From positions 34,720,001-34,784,000 of the forward strand of contig OZ024747.1 of assembly GCA_964016885.1 (NCBI GenBank): a stretch of 64,000 nucleotides of DNA, written 5' to 3'. This DNA comes from Eledone cirrhosa (lineage: Eukaryota). The position numbers and the translations under genes are program-made. This document shows, piece by piece, positions 54,766 to 64,000 of this stretch; the stretch's first letter is position 1, and each line of letters opens with the position of its first letter. Under the pieces are notes generated by a model that ran no database searches, was not told the DNA's origin, and worked only from the letters and a program-made list of their open reading frames with translations.

Positions 54766-55062
54766 ATTAAAGGTGGAAAACTGGGAGAGGGCACTTGCCT
54801 TGGTGGTCAGGGTCATTGTGGCTTTTTACTGGGCTTTCTCCACAAATGTCCCTCCGAAGTCTCCCCCCTATTGGGGAATTATTCATTGTTATTTTTTGTT
54901 ACATCCTTTGTTTATTTTTTTACACGCAGAAATGCCCATTTGTACCGTCCTGCATTGTCCTGCACTGTCCTTAATGTCTACTTTATGTAAACCCTTGTGG
55001 TTAATAAAGAAATCATTATTATTATTATTATTATTATTATTGTCGTTTATTGTTATTATTAT

Positions 55063-55094
<32 letters not shown>

Positions 55095-55095
<1 letters not shown>

Positions 55096-58000
55096 TTATC
55101 CTTTCGTGCAATGGCCATACTCGATAACGAGGTTGCAACCATCATGTACGTAAAAACGTACTTATGATTCTCTTTCTCTTAATTTCAAGTATATTTTTGA
55201 CCGGCCAGCTTCCTGGTGGCAAGGTTGTTAAATAAAAGAAATTGTCAACCTTAAATCGCAAGAATGCGATAGAATGTTCAGGGTACTTTCTATCGCAGAC
55301 ATTTGCCGTCTATGAATCAGGGAGCTGCGCTCTTTGAGCACACATCCAAGCTCAGTTATACTTTGTTCCAAGTGGGTTGGTATAAAATCTATAGCTGCAA
55401 TAACGATGGGTATGAAGCTGAAGGTGTATCTTGGGTACTTGATCTGCAAACTCCTCATCAATGGTCCGTAGATTTCATCCTTCTTTTGTATTTTTCTTAC
55501 AACGTTTACATCAAGTAACAGAACATGTTTTCAATGTGTGGTCCCTAACAACAATATCAGGCCGGTTGTGCTTTAATTTGGTGGCTATTTTTATTATCAG
55601 GTTCCACCAGTATTCTTTGGTATTCAACATATTCCTCCTCATTTGGTTTTAATTTAGTTTTCCTAATTGCCTTACAGATGATTCTAGCCATCACACCATG
55701 ATTCATATGGAGGTAGAAACGAGACGACATTCTTTCGCAGTTGAAAACAATGTGGCTTACACCTGCGATCTTTATTTTACAAAGCCTACATTTATTGTCG
55801 ACTGATGGCTCTCATCTTTTGTGTAGCAGATATTTGGTAGGGATTTCTTGTTCCTGTATTGCAGAGAGATATACTTCAAGGTGTGCTGTCATAAACTTGG
55901 AACTCCATGCCAGGTTTTTGAATGATTTATCCCCTCTATGGTCTATGTTTTTCGTCTTATGTACCCATGCACAACATTCTCAGTAGATCAGTCCACTTTT
56001 TTAATCTCGTTCCAACATTGAATAGGATCTTCCAATTTCCCTGGGAGAGAGATTTATATCAGGCCTTATTCCATATCTCTCCTCCAGATCACTGGCTATC
56101 CTGATGATATTATTTTCTTCCCTTGCCATTCTGAGTTCAAATCCCACCGAGGTTAACTTACGGGGTCGATAAAATAAAGTACCAGTAATGCACTGGGTAT
56201 TTGCTGGCCTTGTGCCACAATTAGAAACAATTATTTTCTTCATGCTCATAAACCTGCTGGTTGCTGACCTTTTTCTTCTGTTGAAGATGTTGTTTCAGTG
56301 TTACTATCCGGGTCTCGTATGATGTTAATATGGATTTTAGACCCAGACACCTTCCTTGCATGAGAAGTATAGCCTATCCACATCACCATTAATGGTAAAG
56401 TTTCCTGTAACACTGAGAAACTTGTGAGTTCTTCCATCCATCTCAGTTAGTTCTGCGATAACCAGTTCAGCAGGCCAAATGTTGGCGTTAGGATTGGGCA
56501 ATGCATTTGTTGTCCGCTAATAGTTCTGATGACCATATTTTCTTTACTCTGCTGGGGTATTTAGATCTGGTTCTCTCTTTATTTATGGGTCCATCATATC
56601 TAGCATTCTTATCTGTCTAAGATATCTATAGTTGTCACCTGACTGTAGAGAATGTATTGTCAAGCCGTTCATCTCTTTATTTCCAAAGGAGCCCACAAAC
56701 ATTCCACGGTTTACAGTGAAATATGCATATTTGGACTTACCGAATTTCATTCTGATGTCTCCAGAAAAGTGTCTATTGAAGTTCAATTGTTTTTTTATAT
56801 AGTTAGTATTTGGCCCATACAACTTCAGTTCATCAACAAAGGAAAGATGGGATATACTTCTGGATCCACTTCTATGACCACGTTGTTTTGAGAGCAGGTA
56901 TGATAGTGGGTTTAGTGAGAGGACAAAGAGCAGCACTGATAAGCTATCACCCTGAAATATGCCTTTCTGGTAGTGTATTGTATGTCTTGATTTTCTCCTT
57001 CACACCTCTAAGGATCAAATTGGTGTATCAGTTCTTGGTCAGGCCTTCAGCAGCAGCTACTAGTGGTTGTGGGACTTTGGCTAACTGTAAAGCCTTAATA
57101 ATCCACCCATGAGGTACATACTGATAGTCCAGCCACATCCCAGTCATGTTCCTGCGATTCTTTGTTGTTTTTTCTTGTATCTTTTTATTTGTTATTAGGT
57201 GATCTATATAGCCTCACATGTATTTATTTCCACCAGCTTGCTCAGGTGTTATAATGTTGTTGGTGATACAATGATCCTGTCAGAACAGATTAAGGCACCC
57301 AGTGTGTAGTTTATACATGATGTTCTGGCAGGCTATTGGGTGGTAACTTTTAGCAAGAGTGGTTTGGCTATTTTGGGAGATGAGGAGAGTAGTGGCAGTT
57401 GATAACCATTGGGGTAGTTCTTGTGTGCCTTTGATGGTTTCTCTAAACAGTCGTTTGAGAACTTACCGGTAGAAGGTGAAATTCTTCAGCCAGTATCCTG
57501 TTATGAGGTCTGGGGCTGATGAATTCCTATTTGACATCTTATGTAGAGCTGTTTCCAGTATTGACCCACCTATGTCATATTGTTTTGTCTGGGCATACTG
57601 GCAGTATTCCTGTTTCAGTTCTTTTAGCCAATTATTTTGTTTGTTAAATCCATCATTTGTTTCCCATAAAGATATCCAGTAGCTCTCAACCTGTTCTTTT
57701 GTAGGGGTGTAATTTAAAGAGATTGAGCTTTTCCCATTCAAGCTGCGATAAACTGATTTAGGATCTCTGGCAAATGATCTATTTAGCACTTGCCGTTTAA
57801 GTGCTATTGACTTATATTTTAGTATTTCTGCTGCAGCTGTGAGTTGTTGTTTCAACTGGTGAGTTTGGAGTTTCGAATTTTAAATGTTGTATCTCCAAAT
57901 CACCTCTCTAGCTTTTTCTCATGTCTTCCTGATGTCGTGTGGAGTTGCTCTCTATGTTCCATTTTATAACTAGAGTGATCTGGGAGATACTTCGTCTCAG

Positions 58001-58960
58001 AGACAACATTTTGTTTTTTAAATTACGCACCGACGCAGGTTCAGGCTTTCTGTTTGTATCTTGGTTGCGTGGTTTTAGATATTTATGATAAGATAACAAT
58101 GTGTTAACTTAAATATATAGCAAAATATTAAGCATTTCATGTCGTGTCCACACCGTTGGGCCGTGTGGCCTTCAGATAATTGTCAGCTAATTCGTTCTCT
58201 GCTTCCAATTCCAATTTAGTGGGCTCTTTACTGATTCTGGTGTTGTACTCACATTAAGGCTATTTATCTCTTGAAACCTATCATTCCATATCACTTGTAA
58301 AGTATACCCAAGTTTTTGGTGTTCTGTTTGTACAGTAGATGCATGGATTTCAACTACGTTGTTGGTGTGCTGTTTACTGCTAGATTAAGCTGGCCATTCT
58401 CTCTGTTCATTAGTGGATATGGAATGGATATCAGCTCGTTGTTGCTGTTCTGTTTACTGCTAGATTTAGCTGACATTTCTCTCTATCAGTGGAAGTGGGA
58501 TGATTGTCTTCAATGGCTATCTTTATAGTGTCACTCGGTTCCGTTAGATGTATCAATTTACATCTAATGATACGTTTTGCCTGTTCATTTAAGTGTTTTG
58601 GGGAAAAGGCTATTTCTGGGTGTTTGGAGTTCCACAAAGTTTTCAGCCTCTGCATAAAACCGAACTTTTGGGGTCTGATTGTCTGTATGCTTCATATAAA
58701 TCTTATTTGAGATAGTAGCTTCATTGAATACAATTTTTGGAGTTGCGATTTGGTCGAAGGATAATTATACGTTTTGCTATTCACTAATATTTAGCATTTA
58801 TTTTTCAAAATACACGATGACTTTCTTTCAAAGTTTTGTCAGAATTAAATTTAAAGTTGTTCACAGCTTGGGTAATATTTCCTTTCAGCTTGTTTCTAAT
58901 TCTACAACTGTATTTTAGACGTTCATATTTAGCGTTTTCGTTTTGCTTTTGTTAGGTGAA
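55095..58960 (-). mobile_element. decayed R4/Dong-like LINE (N-terminal domain, RT, CCHC, RLE) with a SINE inserted at ~56105-56240
   Basis: RLKTLWNSKHPE...LNEQAKRII; SSAPDLITGYWLK; LLFVLSLNPLS...HLSFVDELKLY; CRLC...H...C; KHNRPDIVV (~55547-55574); FIPIVI. 3' end next to (TAA)n/poly(A). Confidence 0.8.
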
Positions 58961-59030
58961 TCGTTTTATAAAGTTACTTTGTATATATATTTATGAATGT
59001 AATAGAACAACACTGTATTTATATGTTAAC

Positions 59031-59151
<121 letters not shown>

Positions 59152-62100
59152 CTGTGATGGACACACGCGTGAAATTTGCTGGGTAAGTTCTGCCTAAATT
59201 TCTATAGAAATTCCTAACGGTAAATCTTCATTTTTATACCAATTTGTAGAGGAACTGCCAGGTCAAATTTTGATCTGGTCAGTCTCTCAAAATATTCTAC
59301 GTCTTTAGGCGAAATAGTTCACAAACATTTTTTTTGGAAAAGCTAACATTTTTTTTTAAATGGCTGAAGTTTCTTAACCAACATTCGAAGGAGGAAAGGG
59401 GAATATATGCTTACTACTTCCCCCTGCCACTGTCATAGTAGCAGATGTCAAAGACAAAGGTCAGCCAGAGGAAGGATTTTCACACGTTTGTTGCCATGGC
59501 AACAAACCAAACTTGTGAAACAATGAACAAAACCAACACAACCAACGGCACCAGCAACAACAACAACAACAATGCTACGAACGAAATCAACACCAACAAC
59601 AATAACAATAACAAAAACAACAAGACCAATAACTGCAACAAGGAAGTAAACGACAAAATATCGCTTGCGCAAAACGTAAAGAAAACGGTAAGCTACACTC
59701 TGGTAGATATTTCAAATACAAATGAGCTTTTGAATAACGCCAGACAATATATAACTTTTGGGGCGGAGGATCATTCTCCATAAACTCTCCCCCAGATTTG
59801 CGAAGAGAAGCTGCCTTGAAAACTGTGGTTTTCAGGGCAGTCTCAAACAATACCCGAAAACCGACTCAACTTTCACAAGGCGAAATTGAGTTGGTTTTAG
59901 AAGATACCTTAAAAGGCATTGCTTTGATTCAGAAGGGTAGACTCTACGGCAGTTTATTCATTCTGAAGAAAGACCAACTGACGGCACAGAAATACTCTGT
60001 GTCGCCAATTGTGTCACCGTTGTTCACCCTTATTCCCACTTACATGGGGAAAAGAACACAGAAAATAAAAATGCAAACTATCACACTAAATTTTGATATT
60101 TGGTGGGTACTACGTGGATTTTTAAACCTCGAAAATCAAACAATAATATCGGTAGATAAGTCCTCCGGCGACCTGTTCAGCGGAACTAGCCTGGAAATTC
60201 TGGTCCAAATGACACCGGAACGAATAGCTAGCATCCCGGAACGTGTGCTGCTGGATGGACTTATATACATAAACATTTCGGTCGAGGGTAGACGGCCCTC
60301 ATGTTACCACTGCCTAAGCAGGGGTCACCTGAGAGCTTCCTGTCCTCGGCAAACTAGCCAAAAACAGTCATTATTGCCAACACCTGCAACACCAGCACAA
60401 CAATCACCACCACCACCACCACCACCACCACAACAACAACAACATAAAAAATAGTGACAACAAAACAAACAACAAACACAGTCCCACCCAACGCCTCCTC
60501 ACATAAAACAACTCCAGAAACACCCACACACATAACAGCTCCCCAAAATGTACCCCTCCCCAACAACACGGATGAGGTCTCATCATCGTCACCCAGTGAC
60601 GATGAGGGAGAGCCTTTCCGACCAGTAAAAAGAAAAAAAGAAAAGATATAACACAAACAAAAATGCAACAAACACACAAACACCAACACAAGCGACGCAA
60701 ACAGTACATGCAAAAACACCCCCTCCTGAAAACAAAACACCTACTACAAAACGTAAACACACACAAGAACCACAGACAAAAAGCAACCCAACACAACAAA
60801 CATGTTACACCTACATAAATACTAACAATAAAACTTTAACAGACACCATATATAAAATACGTTTGGTCTCCACCGAAGGGAAAACTTTTACACACTCGTC
60901 GGAGAATCCTAATCTTAAAATGATTAGGACCTCCATGGACACACACAAACAGTTAAAAGAAAAATGTCCTAACGACGTAGGTAACCCCTGCGTCAAATCC
61001 TACAATCGAGTCATGTTAAAATGTTTCCCCATCCCACCAGACCCCCCCTCCCCACCAAACATCTCTGTCCCAACCCCTCCAGAGACCACCACCCCACCAA
61101 ACAACCCCTCCAACATCCGCATGGAAATGGTGCAGCCTGATCCCCAGGAGACGAAGAGGTGAGTGATTTCTTTTCCTCTTCTTTTAACTTTTCAGCACCA
61201 ACATGGCCAATATAAGAGTTGGATATGTGAATGTACGCGGCCTGGGGATGCCATTGAAACAGTGCAAACTCTTAAACGCCCTCAGGTCGCACAGTATGGA
61301 TGTAGTAGCCATTTGCGAGTCCAGGATCCACAGTGAGCGACAACTGGCTCCCATCTTCGTCGACTTTTAGATCTACGCATCTCTCTGTCAGCCGGGTGAT
61401 AGGGGTGGGGTTGCCGTTTTGCTGCGGAAACACCTGGATCTCGTAACACAGACGGTACATATGGACCCGGAGGGTCGATTGGTTGTCCTAGACGTTGACG
61501 GTAGTGAAGGTGGAGCCTTCAGGCTGCTGGCCGCATATGCTCCACCCTGGACACCGCGGCTAGACTTATTCAAACGTCTAGAGACTTTTCGGGGAACGTC
61601 CCGCTCGCTGCTCTTAGTGGGGGACTGGAATGGAATCCTAGGTACACGTTGGGACTATGTGGGAGCATATCCCGACAGTTAATCGGCCGATTTGACCTGG
61701 CCGATAGTTATCGACTAGATTTTCCGACTGTGCCACTGTGGACGTGGACTAATCGCAGTGGAACATCTAGATCGTACCTAGATAGGGTTCTAGTTAGAAA
61801 GAAGGATAGGGACATGTTAAGCTGTCCACAAATGTTCATGGTTGCCTATTCACAAATTAGTGACCTGCTTAGTCAACCTTAACAAAACCCATAGACAGGG
61901 ACCCGGCTACTGGAAGCTGAACATGTCGTTACCGACATGCAAAGTCTACAGTAGACGGATTAGTACTTTAGTTAAGCAGCACTTGACGGGGGCCATTGTA
62001 AACAACAGGTGGTGGTACTCTCTCAAGAGGGCAGTTAGATTAGACTCGATAGGTTTCAGTAAAGAATTAGTGTTAGATAGAAATAAGGCCAAAAAGGAAC

Positions 62101-64000
62101 TGGTAGATAAATTAGAAGAGGCACCTAGGAGTGGCAACATAGCCAGCGCGCTAGCGACAAGAACGGCCTTGGACCAGTTCTTCGACGCAAAGCATGAAGG
62201 CTGCGTTTTCAGAAGCAAAATACGTGCTCTGGGAAACGAGGGAGCCAAAGCTGTTAGCTGGGCACGAGTGACGGAGGCGAAAAGTGACAACAATTCCACG
62301 ATTCGGTCTTTGAAGGACCCAGACGGACGCGTGATACGTGAGCCGAAGCAAATGTGCGCGGCCTTTCAGTGGCACTTTGCCCAACTGTTCGGGCAGGGCG
62401 GCGCGCCGGGAGGGGCTATGGATTTCGGTTCATACATCGACGGCCTACAGCGACTCTCGGACAGCGAGGCGAAGTTCTGCGAAAGGTCGATTTCGGCCGC
62501 TGAGATATGGGACGCGCTGAGCCAATGCGGCAAACGCAAATCTCCAGGTCTAGACGGTCTACCGTACGAATTTTACGTAGCAATGCCGGACTTGTTCTCT
62601 GGTCAACTGGCAGCAGAACGCGAGAATTCCCAGTTCTGTGATCAAGGGCGTATTCATGTTAGTCAGGAAGGTCGAGAACAAGCGGGATGACATAGGCAAC
62701 TTCCATGCCATAACTCTGGTCAACACAGAGTTTCAGATTTTGGCCAAGGTGTTGGCAAAGTGGCTGGCACTTGTTGTCGAAAACCTGGTGGGAGAAGCGC
62801 AGACATGTGCAATCTCGACCAGGTCCATACACGACAACCTCCACCCCATGCGATACATCATAGAGAGGGTGTAAACTCGGCTTCGGTGGGGCCCTGATCA
62901 ACTTGGATCAGTCTAAGGCTTTCGATAAATTTGACCATCGTTACCTGGATGCGGTGCTCGAGGCGGCATGCTTCGGTCCCTTGTTCAGGGGCTGGTTGCT
63001 GCAATGCACAACAACAACATCTGCTGAAGGGTCAAGGTGAACGGCTACGTATCGGAGCCGTGCCATATCACGCGATCCATCCGACAGGGATGCCCTTTCT
63101 CCTCCGTTCTATACGTACTGACTCTCGAGCCACTACTGCGGAAGTTGGAGCTATTGCAGGGCATCCCTTTGGAACCGGGACTGCGAAAAGCGGCGTCGGC
63201 CTACGCCGGCGACATGACAGTAATGGTGTCGAACACCTCGCAAATCGGGGAGATCGGCACCGTACTGGAGGAATACGAACGTTTCACAGGAGCGAAGCTG
63301 AACCGGGACAAATCCGTCGGTTTGCAACTCGTAACATGGAGAGGCAAACCGATGCCTTCCGATGACGTCGTCGGACGCTGGACGGAAGGTCCGGTAAAGC
63401 TGCTCGGGGTCTCGTTTGGTCCTGACCTCCAGGTGGAGAAGAACTGGAACGAGGTGAGGGCCAAGATGTTTGCGCTGACCCAGAAGTGGGACGAGTGCAA
63501 ACTATCCTTAACAGGTCGAGCGGAGGTGGCGAACACTTTTATAGCATCCGTCATCTACTACCGCTTGACCGTTGTGCCTTGTCCAGTCAAAATGCTCACC
63601 AAAATGGAGCACGCTCTCTTCCAATTCCTTTGGAAGAAACAGGCTCCTTTTGTGAGGAGATCCATCTGCTGCCAACACCCTTCAAACGGAGGGCTGAGGA
63701 TGCCGTGGCTGACGATGCGCAAACACGCGCTCAGACTGCGGACCTCCACGTATTCCTCACCAGACAACCGGTGTGGGCCCCCTTCGTGAGGAGAGCCTTT
63801 CCAAGAATTATCTCGCTGACCGAGCTTAGTCCTTGGTCAAGCAAAGACCGAGGAAAGTGGGCGACTGGCACATCGAATTTGCTCAGGCGCTCCCAGTCCT
63901 CTGGCAAACGGACCCGGCGATCAGTGGAGACTCCAGTTCGATATTCTATAGAGGGTTGGTCCGCAGCAAGTGCGACGACACGCTGCGCGAAACTCTAGGC
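59152..64000 (+). mobile_element. Tx1/L1-clade LINE copy 3 (divergent family; ORF1 ~59360-61162, ORF2 from 61203), runs off the window
   Basis: CYHCLSRGHLRASC knuckle, AAYAPP/GDWN APE, GYWKLN, KSPGLDGL, RQGCPFS, YAGD. Starts immediately after (TCTA)n. Confidence 0.9.

Larger units (their letters stand above)
49043..55013 (+). mobile_element. Tx1/L1-clade LINE copy 2 (near full length, best preserved), flanked by (TTA)n
   Basis: ORF1 CFRCGSKTHLRAFC. ORF2 APE-RT-CCHC. AATAAA near 55003 followed by (TTA)n. Confidence 0.95.

Overview
AT-rich eukaryotic (metazoan) genomic DNA. The SINE and microsatellite make-up resembles a coleoid cephalopod such as Octopus (inference). No intact host gene is evident, and most tracked ORFs are translations of (TA)n/(CA)n microsatellites. 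Bases 1-40.4 kb are a mosaic of decayed Penelope-like retroelements (GIY-YIG, mostly Naiad/Chlamys-like) and non-coding repeats nested in (TA)n arrays. Reading both strands by eye I find about 32 type I hammerhead ribozyme (HHR) motifs in this part: 23 with a canonical core, 2 with a compensated U3-A8 core, 2 with U4C and 5 degenerate. Many sit one per unit in non-coding tandem or direct repeats of 310, ~470, ~535, 591 and 1019 nt, which look like several families of retrozyme-like (circular RNA) elements. Bases 43-64 kb hold three Tx1/L1-clade LINEs and two R4/Dong-like LINEs clustered on (TTA)n/(TCTA)n arrays. In two of the Tx1 copies the ORF1 stop codon lies inside a short intron-like sequence whose removal would fuse ORF1 and ORF2 in frame.
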